Source of the DNA: Squalus acanthias
Lineage: Eukaryota
Assembly: GCA_030390025.1 (NCBI GenBank)
Contig: CM059432.1
Coordinates: 38,752,001-38,816,000 of the forward strand
DNA length: 64,000 bases
Reading direction: 5' to 3'
Shown here: one piece after another, positions 38,705 through 52,793 of the stretch
Layout of the letters: each line of letters starts with the position of its first letter
How positions within the stretch are numbered: the first letter of the stretch is position 1
Notes under the pieces: model-generated
Told to the model about the DNA's origin: nothing
Database searches by the model: none
What the model saw: the letters and a program-made list of their open reading frames with translations, nothing else
Program-made: the position numbers and the translations under genes

Positions 38705-39100
38705 AAAAGAAAAAGACTTGTATTTACATAGCGCCTTTCATGACCACCGGACGTCCCAAAGCGCTTTAGCCAATGAAGTACTTTTGAAGTGTAGTCACTG
38801 TTGTAATGTAGGAAATGTGGCAGCCAATTTGCACATAGCAAGCTCCCACAAACAACAATGTGATAATGACCAGATCATCTGTTTTAGTGATGTTGATTGA
38901 GGGATAAATATTGGCCAGGGCACCAGGGATAACTCCCCTGCTCTTCTTTGAAATAGTGCCATGGGATCTTTTACGTCCACTTGAGAGAGCAGATGAGGCC
39001 TCGGTTTAACGTCTCATCCGAAAGACGGCACCTCCGACAGTGCAGTACTCCCTCAGCACTGCACTGGAGTGTCAGCCTAGATTTTTGTGCTCAAGTCTCT
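38705..39100 (-). mobile_element. Deu-domain SINE (SacSINE1-like)
   Basis: Same family as 36165-36960, well preserved; truncated by a MITE start ggggctgaattttgcc at 39101. Confidence 0.8.
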
Positions 39101-41014
39101 GGGGCTGAATTTTGCCAGTGCTCAGAGTGCGGGTTTGGAGGCGGGTCCACTGTCAAAATCACAAAGATTGACAGCAGGGTCAGCAGAACAAAGGGAGCTG
39201 GTGGATAATTCAACAGAGACAGCAACATCTTGATGGGTGGAGCGCCAGAGAAGAGCATGTTTTAGTAAGGGAGCTGTGAGCAGGGGAAGTTTCCCTCCCT
39301 CCCCCCCAACCCCAGGAGACAGAGGTCGAGGATAGTTTAGACGGTGCGGGAATAAGGAAGTAGTCACAGAAAGCATGGTTGATAATGAAAACCTCACAAA
39401 TGGTGAGGCCTAACGTGATGCCAAAGTCAAGGAGGTATGTATGGGTTGGAGAGGTTATTTGCTGCGTGAGGACAAGAGGCACAGAAGTCAGGGGAGAGGG
39501 TGGGGTAAGGGAAGTTTCAGTAAGCTGGAAGTCATTGAGGATGAGGAGCTTTTCGGTGCAAAGGCCAAGGGAGGAGAACAGGGAGATCTCTGCTTGGGGG
39601 AGGAAATTAAAAGAGTGGGTGGGCGCTGTGCAAGAGGGCGAGGTGCTCAAATGAGGATAATATGTCAGAAGAGAAGGGCGAGAGACTGAGATGAGACCTA
39701 GCCCCCACCACCACATTTCAGTCTCCTCAGTAAACAGAATATCAACACACAGATCAAAGCTTTTGGACTTAATTTGTTTACTACTTAAAGCACAATGGAG
39801 CCTAAGAATTAGGCTAATATTACAGAGCACATGGTAATATTCCTATGCGTGCAACACAAAGTGTCAGAGAGTTAGACAACACCTCTCCAGATATATAGAG
39901 ATTCTTAGACTTAGACAAACTACATTTGGATTTGCCGATACGCAAACCATTCAGTCTTCGAATGCCACTTTCAGTATCAAGTTAGCACATCAAGTAGTAT
40001 CCTTCAGGAGGAGAGTTCCACGTGAAATGCACAAGCTGCTTAATTGTATAGTCCTCGCATCGAAGCTGCCAGAAGGAGCTTTTATATTGGCTCCCCAAGA
40101 ATGAGCCTTGCTCAGCCAGTTACAAGGCAAATATAAAAGTATGGGTACTCACCGAGTTCGGTGGTTGCCGGTCTTAACGAGTCCATATGGTTTTACATTT
40201 AACTTTCAACCAGCTGCACAGGCTCTGCGCTTGGGTAGCCCAGTAGCACCAGCACAGGTCTAACACAATCTAAAACAAGCAAGAACTAGAGACCTGCAGC
40301 AAAGGTCCAGTACTTGTATCCTGAAACTTTCTGACATGGGTTCTCAATGCATTTTGACAATTTTTTTCATAAAGCAGCAACAATGATCGCTTTCAAGGAT
40401 AATTTGTCTTATTGTTTATCCAGAGGAAGCTCAAATGACTCTTTCAGTGAATCACACCAAATGCAATGACAGTAGATCTTGAATGAAACATACCTTTTCT
40501 AAAAGACAATGATGCCTCATGCTGCATAATACACATCAGATTGTTTTAAAATTATATAACACATATATATTAAAATAGTGTGATTGTCATCCAAAAAATG
40601 CTACTTCCTGTATCACTTTTTATAATGTAAACATTTATAATGAGATGTAAACATTTTAGAATGGAAAAAGCAAATGTAAACATTTTGACATCATGGTTTA
40701 TTGATGAATTAATTAAAGTACTCAAGATGTTTTCTGAAAAAAAATCATCCGTTTCCTGCACCCCCCCCCCCCGCCGGGTAACAAATTTCTAACGTCCAAA
40801 ATAATATTTTAACAAAATAAAAAAATTACAAATGACATGTTTCATAATAACATGATTATTTTTATCCATTGAATTGTTTTTGTACCTTTAAAAACCTTCA
40901 TTAGGGTTTTACTTGAAAGCTTCAACCTCTCCTAAAAGCCTGGGCTTGGCCTCGATATTTCTTACTCTCCCACCACGACCAGATCCCAAGCCAACTTCGA
41001 GCCTCATAAATGCA

Positions 41015-41990
41015 TAAACAACAACTTGCATTCAAATAGCAACTTTAGTGTAGAAAAATGTTTCAAAGCATTAATTAAAAAAGTGAGTCAAAGGAGGAGT
41101 GACCAAAAACTTAATCAAAGAGGTGGGCTTTATGGAGGAGGAGAGCTGGAGAGGTTTAGGGAGGGAATTTCAGAGCATGGGTTTAGGCGACTATTGGTGG
41201 GGTAAAGAGAGGAGGAGATGCGCAAGGCGCCAGAGTCAGAGGAATGGAGAGTTTGGGCGGGCGCGGGGGGGGAGGGGCATTATAGGGATGGAGGAGGTTA
41301 CAGAGATAGGGAAAGGTGAAGCCACAAAGAGATTTAAACACAAGAATAAGAATTTTAAATCGGTGGTGATGGGTTTGAGGGGTTAGCAAAGACAGAGATG
41401 AAGTCTGAATGGGACTCAGTGCAGGACAGAATATGGGTAGCAGAGTTTTGGATCAGTTGAAGTTTACAGATGGTGGAGGAGGAGTGCCTGGTTGGAGAGC
41501 ATTGGAATTATCATCTGAAGGCATGGATGAGAGTTTCAATGGTATATCGACTGAGGCGGGGACAGAGGCGAGCAAAGTTACAGAGATGGAAGTAGGCAGT
41601 CTTTGTGATGTAGAGGATATGGGGTCAGAAGCTCAGCTCAGGGTTGGATAGGACACGAAGGTTGCGAACAGTCTGATTCAGCCCGTCACAGTGGCTAGGG
41701 AGGGGAATGGGGTTTGTGACAGGGGTCTAATACAAGGCTTCAGTCTTCCCAATGTTTAGGAAATCACAGCTCATCCAAAACTGGATGTTGAACAGGCAGT
41801 TTGATAACACAGAGGCGGTGGAGGGAGTCGAGAAAGGTGGTGGAGAGCTATGCGTTATCAGTGTACATGTGGAAGCGTAAATGCTCTGACGATGCTTGGA
41901 TAGGTAAAAGTGAGGGTAGTCCCACCAAGCTGGACAACAGAGGAGAGGCTTTGGAAGAGGATGGTGTGGTTGACTGAGGTAGGAAACTTT
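41015..41990 (-). mobile_element. Degenerate L2 LINE 3' portion
   Basis: FKILILVFKSL, LSNCL..IQFWMS, LNIGKTEA; (ttg) tail near 41020; another L2 piece at ~39290-39720. Confidence 0.75.
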
Positions 41991-42339
41991 GGTCAACGAT
42001 TGATCAAAGGTATAGATCAGCACTAAAAAAATCTGACCGCCCAGCACAAAACACTGTTGCTGTCTGTGTTTGTCTCACAAATAGAAATGCACAATTTGTG
42101 ACATCACTTCATCCTCTCTGGAAAAATGGTTATAACCAACATGGCACTCACATGAACTGACCCCCCCACCGTGTTATTCTTGTCATCATAACTCACCAGC
42201 ATTACAATTCACTGAACCTTTTGGTGTCAGATGACTATTGTATAGCAAAGCAACAGTCCACCCCAACAACTGCACTTACTTTTCGCATGTCAAATTTAGT
42301 CATACCAACAGACTATATTGTGAATTATTTACCATACAG

Positions 42340-42562
42340 ATATGGCTGAAGCCTACATGAAAACCAATGTACACAAACATACACTTTCTTGATCATGAGC
42401 ATGGCATTTCTCGTGGCACTGGTAAAGAATGGTGTGTTCCTCCACTTGGTCATTTACCTGAGTTAGCACGACTCCAATGGTAAGTTCTTGGGTATAATCA
42501 AGACTGGCTGAAATAGGATTTCCACACAAAAACTCCTTCATCTTTTTAAAACACATCCTCAT
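42340..42562 (-). mobile_element. Gypsy-type pol (RNase H region) remnant
   Basis: FKKMKEFLCGNPI..LDYT...IGVVLTQVNDQVEEHTILY resembles Ty3/gypsy RT-RNase H. Confidence 0.5.
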
Positions 42563-44511
42563 GCATGTAAAATGTCAATTCAAAAGCAATATTCCGATGC
42601 AAATAAATTTTGATTGCAAAACAAGTGGAAACCACTTAACGCAGACTCTTGCTTTGTCATATCAATCAAATCAAGGTAAAGCATAACACAAGCAAATTAC
42701 CTCACAACTGGATAGAGTTCACTAAACCATTGTTAACTTGATAAATTTAGGTCAACTATGAAACACACTTTTTGTTCCCCTGTATTCTAGTTTCCAAGTT
42801 CAAAGGGTACAAGAAAGAGGTTCATCTCAGGCGGCACGCTGCCAATTAGTTTGTTCTTCTTGGATCACTGTAATGCAGCTCAAAGGGAAATACTTTGGTG
42901 GAGCTCCTTGGGCCAGTACACATCCTGCATACAAGAGTTACAGTACGAATGCTAGCCCAGGTTAAATCTCATCAGTAGAGTTAATGAAGTGTTATTTTTG
43001 TACCCAAGGAAGGGAGCAACAGTTAAAAGTGCTATAATAATAGTGCCAAGTGTTGCAGTGGTTCCTGTGTATTGCTACTGCTTATCTGTTCAATAAACAT
43101 GATCTGCAGTTCATAGCCTAAAATACAGTAATGATAGCGCATTTATTTTTCCACTATCCAAAGCCTACAAGATCACAAGAGAATTCAGGTCATGCCCAGT
43201 AAGCCAAGTACAGCAATAGGAGTTTGTGTTTTTTATCCTGACCAATTGTATAATACCAATTATTCAGTTTGTAGGAAGCAAAAGCTCACGTACAAGAATG
43301 GACATTGACACTGAACACAAGAGAAAATATCTAATGAACCCCATTAAAAACTTAACAAGGGCATTAAATAGAAAAGCAAGGAACTGATGATGAATCTGTA
43401 TATCGTTAGGGCACAGGAGGACTTCTGTGTGCAGTTGAGTAGCTCACTATTGGAAGGATAATGGAGCCATGGAAAAAGTTTACTAGGATGCTACCAGACT
43501 CAAAACTTCCTTTTTAGATCCTCAGGTCCACCCTGCTCTCTACTTGCACCAGTTTTATGTCCCACTCGGCTGTTTCCCTGCTCTAGTTTTTGGCCTTGGG
43601 ACCCAATATTAACTCTTCATTTCAAACCTCAGATCCTGAAGCCTCACTGCTCGAAGACCCACCACCATTTTCTTTCACACCCACGAGTGTTGCAGTGGTT
43701 CCTGTATATGCTAGTACTGATCAGGACCACAGGTCCAAATCCACCACAACATCAACAGGATACCATCTGACCCAAAGGTACAAGGCCACAGCTCTAGGTC
43801 CATCATTCTGTGTCAGGTCAGAACTTGGTGTCTCTTGCTCCCTCCCAGCCAGGCTCCAACCTGCCATCCACTCTCAGCCCAGCCCTAATCCTACTACTCC
43901 TTCCCAACGAGGGGCCCCAAACTAACCCCCCCCCCCCGCCACTTCCTACCAGCCCAAGTGTTCTGTTCCCTCGCAGCCGAGCCCCAAGCCCTAGTTTCTC
44001 GCACACCCATACGTGTTGCAGCATTTCCCTAGATTGTCTCTTCTGACCAGCTATGGCCCATCCCTGCTCATCCCAGATCCCTCCTCTGACTGAGTAAACA
44101 TTGGCTTTCAACCAGTTATGTGACCCACTTTTTAAAAATGGCGACACCCAAAATGTAGTAAAGGAACATATAGGAGTTACAGAATATGTGGAGGTGACAG
44201 TTAGAGGGCAGAATGAGCAAAATAAAAACAGTGAGGTAAACAGGGGAATGAGAGATGGTGTGTAAAGTTGATACAGGGAGAGCAAAAAGGAAAGGGGAAA
44301 AGGAAAAAAGAGTGATGGAGAAAAGGAAAGAGAAATATGAAAAGGAAAGAAAGGGAAAAAGATGGAAGACAAATAGAAAGACAGACAGGGGAGCAACAAA
44401 TTAGATAGCAAATGACAAAAACCAGAAAGTAAACTATTTTTAATTTTATGCATAAGCAATGCCTCAGGAGATCAATGGGTAGGTTTAAAAAACTGTAATA
44501 AAGCTGGCTTA

Positions 44512-44625
<114 letters not shown>

Positions 44626-44708
44626 CTAAATAAAGAACAGAAAAAATACATAACAGGTTTAATGATCTCAAACAATTCTTTAGCCGTTAACATTATGTAA
44701 AGGATTTA

Positions 44709-46445
44709 TAAGAACATAAGAAATAGGAGCAGGAGTGGGCCATTCGGCCCTTCGAGCCTGCTCCGCCATTCAATGAGATCATGGCTAATCTTCTGCCTCA
44801 ATTCCATTCACCGGCCCTATTGTCATATCCCTTGATGCCCTTACTAGTCAGAAATCTATCGACTTCTGTTTTGAATATACCCAATGACTGAGCCTCCACA
44901 GCCCTCTGGGTACAGAATTCCAAAGATTCACTACACACTGAAGAAATTTCTTCTCATCTCAGTCCTGAATGGCCTACCCTTTATCCTGAGGCTGTGGCCC
45001 CTGGTTCTAGACTCCCCAGCCAAGGGAAACATTCTTCCAGCATCCACCCTATCAAGCCCTGTAATAATTTTGTATGCTTCAATGAGATCCCCTCGCAATC
45101 GTCTGAATTCAAGAGAATACAGGCCTAGTTTACTCAATCTCTTCTCATATGACAGTCCCGCCATCCCAGGATCAATCTCGTGAACCTTCGTTGCACTCCC
45201 TCTATGGCAAGTATATCCTTCCTTAGGTAAGGAGACCAAAATTGTACACAGTACTCCAGGTGTGGTCTCACCAAGGCCCTATATAATTGGAGTAAGACTT
45301 CTTTACTCCTGTACTCAAATCCTCTTGTAATGAAGGCCAGCATACCATTTGCCTTCCTAATGGCTTGCTGCACCTGCACATTCACTTTCAGTGACTCATG
45401 TACAAGGACACCCAGGTCCCTTTGAGCATTTGCATTCCCCAATCTTTCACCATTTAGGAAATACTCTGCCTTTCTGTTTTTTCTACCAAAGTGGATAACT
45501 TCACATTTATCCACATTATAATCCATCTGCCATGTTCTCATCCACTCACTGAGCCTGTCGAGATCCCCTTGAAGCCTCTTCACATCCTCTTCGCAACTGA
45601 CACTGCCACTTAGCTTTGTGTCATCAGCAAATTTATAAATGTTACATTTAGTCCCCTCATCCAAATCATTGCTATAGATTGTGAATAGCTGGGGCCCAAG
45701 CACTGATCCTTGCGGTACCCCACTAGTCACAGCCTGTCATCCTGAAAAAGACCCGTTTATCCCTACTCTTTGTTTTCTGTCTGTTAACCAATTCTCAATC
45801 CATGCTAGTATATTACCCCCAATTCCATGTGCCCTAATTTTGTTCACCAACCTCTTGTGTGGGACATTATCGAAGGCCTTCTGAAAATCCAAATACACCA
45901 CATCTACCGGTTCCCCTTTGTCTACTCCACTAGTTACATCCTCAACGAACTCCAATAGGTTTGTCAAACAGGGCTTCCCTTTCATAAATCCATGTTGACT
46001 CTGTCCAATCTTAGAAACTAATAGTAAGTGCCCAGTTATTGTATCCTTTTATAATAGATTCCAGCATTTTCCCAACTACTGATGTGAGGCCAACAGGTCT
46101 GTAGTTCCCCATTTTCTCTCTCCCTCCTTTCTTAAATAGCGGGGTTACATTTGCTAACCTCCAATCTGCAGGAACCGTTCCAGAATCTATAGCATTTTGG
46201 AAGATGACAACCAATGCGTCCACTATCCCAATGGTCACCTCTTTCAAAACCCTAGGATGTAGGTCATCCGGTCCTTGAGATTTAGCGACTTTTAGTCCCA
46301 TTAATTTTGCTAGTACTGTTTTTTTTTACTAATAATAATTTCTAAGTTCCTCATTCTCGCCACACCCTTGGTTTTCTTGTATTTGAGAGGTTTTTTGTGT
46401 CTTCCTCCGTGAAGACAGAACCAAAGTATTTATTTAATTTCTCTG
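44709..46445 (-). mobile_element. CR1 LINE 3' portion
   Basis: RT motifs in ORFs 44931-46301; (ataagaac) tail. Confidence 0.92.
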
Positions 46446-46836
46446 CCATTTCCTCATTCCCCATATGAAACCCGACAACCAGCAGTCCCGCCCCCAACGA
46501 CAAAATCCAGCCTTTTGTTTTCTGTTAGTTAGCCAATCCTCTATCCATGCTAATATATTACCCCCATCCCCGTGAGCTCTTATCTTGTGCAGTAACCTTT
46601 TATGTGGCACCTTATCGAATGCCTTCTGGAAATCCAAATACACCAGCATCTACTGGTTCCCCTTTATCCAACCTGCTCGTTACAGCCTCAAAGAACTCCA
46701 GCAAATTTGTCAAACATGATTTCCCTTTCATAAAACCATGCTGACTCTGCTTGACTGTATTATGATTTTCTAAATGTCCTGCTACTACTTCCTTAATAAT
46801 GGACGCCAACATTTTCCCAATGACAGATGTTAGGCT

Positions 46837-48234
46837 TGTAGGGTTCTCAAAATTCCCACATTCCCCAGAGTTATTAATAAGGGGTACCCTGGACAAAGTG
46901 GCTTCTAGACCTCATGGCAGAAGCCTGCGACATTGAACAGAAACCAGGGCCCTGCAAAAACAGCAGGCAAGGTGACATGCCCAGGTCTGTAAGAGAGTTG
47001 CGAAATTCCCAGACCCCCAAAAGACTCAGAGGAAAAGAGAGACCCTAAGAAAAAGGGGCTTTGGACATTTTAAAACCAATTGCTTTACCCTGGCCTTAAA
47101 TCTATTTGATTTCCAGCTCTTCCCAGTTCTGATGAAAGGTCATCGACCTGAAACGTTAACTCTCTTTCTCTCTCCACGGATGCTGCCTGGCCTGCTGAGT
47201 TTTTCCAGCGTTTTCTGTTGTTATTTCGGATTTCCAGCATCCGCAGTATTTTGCTATCGTATGAGTATATTGGACCTTGGGACATTTTAAAACATTTTTA
47301 AACAGACCTCAGAGGCTGCCAAAGGAGGCGGGGCTGGCCTCTACAGACAATGTTGTATATTCGACCTATCTCCAGCCCCATCAAACTGTTTAGCATTTAT
47401 ACAAAGAAGTAAAGGCAACACAAATGAACAACCATCAGACCAGCAATCATCCTCCACTTAACAAATATTTAATATTGTTAAAGGCCATCTCCTGCCATTA
47501 AAAGTTAACTACCTTAACGAGCCGACGAGAATTAAACAGAGCACTGGGAAGATTTGGCGGCCAAATAAGGAACAATCGAACAGTATAACTTTAGACTGGA
47601 ACAAGCCGGAGGGGGAGAGAGACGAGTTCTACAAGCCGGGGGCTACAGAGACCTATGCTGGAACAAGCAGGAGTTCTACACAGACAGGCTACAAGCAGGA
47701 CAGCTGAAGCACAGGAGTTCTCCAGTACACAGGTCAACAGAAGGAAGACCGTTCAACAAAGAAGGCCAGCAGCTCCAGAAACAGACCGACACGCAAGAAA
47801 CCAGAGCAACAGTTCCAGTGACCATCAAACACCTCGAGGCACAAGGGCCTTATGAAACTTTTTACTTAAAAAGGACTTTAAACCATATCCTCAACTGTCA
47901 AAGGATTCGTTTGGTGAGCATTATCCCTGGTCCTCAAGAGTCTAACTTAGCTAGTAAAGTGGGGTTGGGAGGGGTGAGGTATTGTTCTACTGTCATTTCC
48001 CTCGTTTATACCGAAGTTAAGATTGACATGTTATGTTTCATCTCTGTTAAATAAACATTGGTTTTCCTCGCACCAATCCACGGGTCTGTTCGTTTGTCCT
48101 TATCGCCGCTCGATAAGTCCTGGGCTCAGAACTAATAAGGGGATAGCGATTTGCAACCGCACAGCGGGCAAGGACAGTCCAGGAAAACAGAACTGGCTGA
48201 CCTACAAATAAGCCCGAGACAAAAACCCCTTACA
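46837..48234 (+). mobile_element. Solo LTR (Gypsy or ERV)
   Basis: TGTA...TACA termini; exact 4-bp TSD GGCT (46833-36, 48235-38); AATAAA at ~48049; splits the CR1 reading frame. Confidence 0.82.
47125..47161 (+). ncRNA. Minimal hammerhead ribozyme motif in a pLTR-derived insert (~47077-47279) within the solo LTR
   Basis: agtt-CTGATGA-a-aggtc atc gacct-GAAAC-GTT-aact; flanking repeat GGACATTTTAAAAC at 47063-76 and 47280-93. Confidence 0.78.
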
Positions 48235-48892
48235 GGCTAACTGGTCTATAGTTTCCTGCTTTCTGTCTCCCTCCTTTCTTAAATAGGGGCGTTACATTTG
48301 CGGTTTTCCAATCCGCTGGGACCTCTCCAGAATCCAGGGAATTTTGGTAGATTGCAACCAATGTATCCACTATCTCTGCAGCCACTTCTTTTAAGACCCT
48401 AGGATACGGGCCATCAGGTCCAGGGGATTTGTCCACCTTTAGTCCCATTATTTTACCGAGTACTTTTTCTCTAGTGATAGTGATTGTTTTAAGTCCCCCC
48501 TCCCTATAGCCCCTTGATTATCTATTATTGGGATGCTTTTAGTGTCTTCTACCGTTAAGACCGATACAAAATATTTGTTCAAAGTCTCTGCCATTTCCCT
48601 GTTTCCCATTATTAATTCCCCAGTCTCATCCTGTAAGAGACCAATGTTTACTTTAGCTACTCTCTTCCTTTTTATATACCTGTAGAAGCTCTTACTGTCT
48701 GTTTTTATATTTCTTGCTAGTTTACTCTCATAGTCTATCTTCTCTATTTTTTTTTAAGTCATCCTTTGCTGGTTTCTAAAAAATTCCCAATCATCTGGCC
48801 TACCACTAATCTTCGCAAAATTGCATGCCTTTGTTTTTAATTTGATACCATCCTTTACTTCCTTAGTTAGCCATGGATGGTTCATCCTTCTC

Positions 48893-49192
48893 TAGCATAG
48901 TGGTTTGCACTGTTGCCTCACAGCGCCAGGGACCCAGGTTCGAATCCGGCCTCGGATGACTGTCTGTGTGGAGTTTGCACATTCTCCCCGTGTCTGCGTG
49001 GGTTTCCTCCGGGTGCTCCGGTTTCCTCCCACAGTCCAAAGATGTGCGGGTTAGGTTGATTTGGCTATGATAAATTGACCCTTAGTGTTAGGGGGATTAA
49101 ATACTTGGGGTTACGGGGATAGGGTGGGATGTGTGTCGGTGCAGGCTCGATGGGCCGAAATGGCCTCTTATCTGCATTGTGGGGATTCTGTG
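48893..49192 (+). mobile_element. HE1-like V-SINE
   Basis: Closely similar to the reverse complement of 36495-36809. Confidence 0.88.
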
Positions 49193-50984
49193 TGAGTCTT
49201 TCCTTCTCACTGGAATATATCTATGCTGAGAGTTATGAAATATCTGCCACTACTTATCTACCGTCTTACCCTTTAATCTATTTTCCCAGTCAACTTTAGC
49301 CAACTCTGCCTTCATACCTTTATAATTGCCTTTATTTAAGTTCAGGACACTGGTTTGAGACCCAAGTTTCTCACCCTCAAACTGATTTTGAAATTCTATC
49401 ATGCCATGATCACTCTTTCCTAGAGGATCCTTTATTAAGATAATGAATTAATCCTGTCTCATTACACAGTACCAGATCTAAGGAGCCTGCTCCCTGGTTG
49501 GTTCGACAACGTATTGTTTTAAGAAACCATCCCGAATACACTCTATGAACTATTCCTCAAGGCTACCTTGGCCAATTTGATTTGTCCAATCAATATGAAG
49601 ATTAAAATCGCCCATGATTATTGCAGTACCTTTCTTACAAGCCTCCATTATTTCTTGATTTATACTCTGTCCTACAGTGTAGCCACTGTTAGGGGGCCTA
49701 TAGACTACTCCCACCACTGACTTCTTTCCCTTATTATTTCTTATCTCCATCCAAACTGATTCTACATCTTGATATTCTGAGCCAATATCATTTCTCACTA
49801 CGGCACTGATCTCATCCTTTATTAACAGAGCTACCCCACCTCCTTTTCCTTTCTGCCTATCCTTCCGAAATGTCAAATACCCCTGAATATTCAGTTCCCA
49901 GCCTTGGTCACCTTGCAACCAAATTTTGTTGGATAGACAAGCAGCTCTTCACCATGAAATCAGTATGTATCAACGTTTTTACTGAAATCGTTAACATGCT
50001 GAAAGAGTGCAGAATTAATCACAAGAGCAGTTTAAATATTCACCTTTATCTTTTTAAACCCGTGTTCATTGATTACAGGACTAATAAAACTGCATGTTGC
50101 TGGTGGAAATGTAAATCATTCGTCAGCTCTGTTCTTAACTCATCACACATAAAAATTGAAAATAAACAAACAGTGAAACTTGATAAGACCATATCATTCA
50201 GATAGCACAGAATTATGATATGAACAGTCTGTCCCAGTATTGTGCATGGGAAATTAAATATGCTGCAGAGAGGGTTGCCATCCTGGCGATTTAAGAGACT
50301 TTCCACTTGAATATAGTAACTAAAGCACCCAAAACACTCAATATAAAGTACTCTCTTTCTTCCCCCCCTCCCACGCCCCCGATTTAAAATTCAGTTTCAA
50401 CTCCTACACGCCAAAAGATACTTCAATTATCAGTTCATCGTCCCACCAGTTCAAGTCTCCACATTCAGCAGATGTTAGTCAGAATTTCCATAGGGAACAA
50501 CACAGTCTCACATACTTTGTATGTCCTGAGCATCGAACAGGTGTCCAAGCTAGCAAATATCAGCAGAATGCTCAACTAATTATAATGCAGAACAGTGATT
50601 TTCAAACTACTGCAGGTTAGGCCCCACCAAAAAGATTTTAATAGCTCTCGTGCCACTAGTTATAGAAGTCTGCAAAAAAAGTCTTTGGCTTTCACGGTCA
50701 TCATACTCGCACTTCTGCACCTCTATTTCGCTCTCCTTCACTTGTTTTTCTCTCTTGAAAGGTTGTTTTCTCATTCCCATTCTTCTCTGTTCTACTATGC
50801 AATAGGACTAGGTTTATATAGAATATTGCCTTACAAGCTGAGATAAGTGATGTATGTGATTTATGATACAGACAGAGCTAAGCTGTTCCACAACCAATGG
50901 ATCAGGACAAAGTTCTCTAGCCCTACCAAAGCCACTCAAAAATGGTAATGGATAACCAGGCAACTAACAGGAGAAGGACACTAT

Positions 50985-52110
50985 GAAACTAGGGTCTATG
51001 AACAAAGCTAACTATGCAAGTATGAGGGGCGAGTTGGCTAAGGCAGATAGGGAAACTAGATTAAAAGATAATGAAGATAAGCAATGGCAAACATTTAAAG
51101 AATTCATTCATAATTTGCAAAGAATATACATTCCCTTAAGGAATAAAACCCCACGAGAAAAGTGGTCCAACTGTGGCCAACAAGAGAAGTTAAAGATAGT
51201 ATTAGATTAAAGAGACTTATAATGTTGCCAAAAAGAGTAGCAAGTCTGAGGATTGGGAGGATTTTAGAATTCAGAAAAGGATGACCAAAAAATTGATAAA
51301 GAAAGAGAAGAGAATATGAGAGCAAACTACCAAAAGACATAAAAACAGATTGTAAAAGCTTCTATAGGTATGTAAAAAGAGATTAGCAAAAGTAAACGTG
51401 GGTCTCTTAAGACAGGAGAAATTGTAATGGAGAATGGCAGAGACATTAAAGGATACTTTGTATCTGTCTTCACGGTAGAAGACACAAAAAACATAGAGGA
51501 AAACAAATGGTATGTTAGCCTTTATTACAAAGGGATTGGAGTACAAGAGCAAAAAAGTCTTACTACAATTATATAGGGCCTTGGTGAGACAAACCTGGAG
51601 TACTGTGTACAGTTTTGGTCGCCTTACCCAAGGAAGGACATACTTGCTATAGAGGGAGTGCAACGAAGACTCACTAGACTGATTCCTAGGATGAGGGCAT
51701 TATCCTATGAGGAGAGATTGAGTAGACTAGGCCTATATTCCCTAGAATTTAGAAGAATGAGAGGTGATCTCATTGAAACATACAAAATTCTTAAGGGGCT
51801 TGACAGGGTAGATGCTGGGAGGATGTTTCCCCTGGCTGAGGAGTCTAGAACTAGGGGTTGCAGTCTCAGAATAAGGGGTCGGCCATTTAGGACTGAGATG
51901 AGGAGAAATTTCTTCACTCAGAGGGTTGTGAATCCTCTACCCCAGAAAGCTGTGGATGCTCAGCCATTGAGTATAATCAAGACAAAGATCTATACTAAGG
52001 AAATCAAGGGATATGGGGATAGCGCAGGAAGGTGGAGTTGAGGTCAAAGATCAGCCATGATCTTATTGAATGGCGGAGCAGGCTCGAAGGGCCTAATCCT
52101 ATTTCTTATG
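50985..52110 (+). mobile_element. CR1 fragments with internal deletion
   Basis: LYSLEFRRMRGDLIETYK, FFTQRVV; CR1 3' end. Confidence 0.85.
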
Positions 52111-52431
52111 TACATCTCCATCTCACGCCATTGTAGAGCCCAGCATGTGAGGCACTAACAATGGAGAAAATGCAAATCGTTCATTATAAATTCAAGTCAT
52201 TCAATATGTATTGCAGACATTATCTGTTAGGGAGTCACAGCTACTGTCCTCCTTGCGCCCTGCTGCTAATATCATCGCGCGCACATCACTCTCTCCCCCC
52301 ACCAGCGTAGGTCTCTCCTGCCATAGCACAACTATACTAAAACATCAGTCGTGCCCGAGTGCAACCTAGCTAGCAACGTAACCGAGGAGGCCAAATTACA
52401 AAGTGATTTCAGAAATGCTGTCCTGTAACTA

Positions 52432-52584
52432 GGAGACTTTCAACTTTGGCGGGGGCATAAAACAGGCGGAAGCGGATCAGCCGCCCGTTATACACCTGAA
52501 AGGAAAATCGAGCGGGGTGTATAATGAATGGGTGGCTGATCAGCTACCGCTCGTTTTACAAACCGAAGTTAAAAGTTCCACCCC
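52432..52584. mobile_element. Short palindromic MITE-like element
   Basis: Arms gatcagccgcccgttatacacc / ggtgtataatgaatgggtggctgatc, and actttcaactt / aagttaaaagt. Confidence 0.65.
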
Positions 52585-52651
52585 ATAAGTCATAAAGAAG
52601 CATCTTTATCAGAACGAAAGCTCATACATGCTTTCTAGGTTTGTTCTTTAC

Positions 52652-52793
52652 CTGCCAGATAATTAAGAAGAGGTAAATTCCAGCCACCCTCTGAAAGGAA
52701 GATTTTGGGTCAAACCAGCGGACGTATGTCCAGCTGGCCGGAGTAAACTGCAGTACTGCTCGTTTCAGCTTTCCACTCGTGGTATGAATTGCC
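52652..52793 (-). CDS. PTDSS1: PTDSS1 exon 7 equivalent
   Basis: [47 protein letters not shown]; 142 nt; ag/gt. Confidence 0.97.

Larger units (their letters stand above)
46505..49920 (-). mobile_element. CR1 ORF2 (APE to RT) interrupted by a solo LTR and an HE1 SINE
   Basis: FRKDR, VYRPP, GDFN, KSPGPDG; NYRPVSL|TS continues across the LTR. Confidence 0.88.

Noticed and set aside
43818..44459. 213-aa ORF
   Set aside because: Low-complexity purine/pyrimidine tract; no homology recognised
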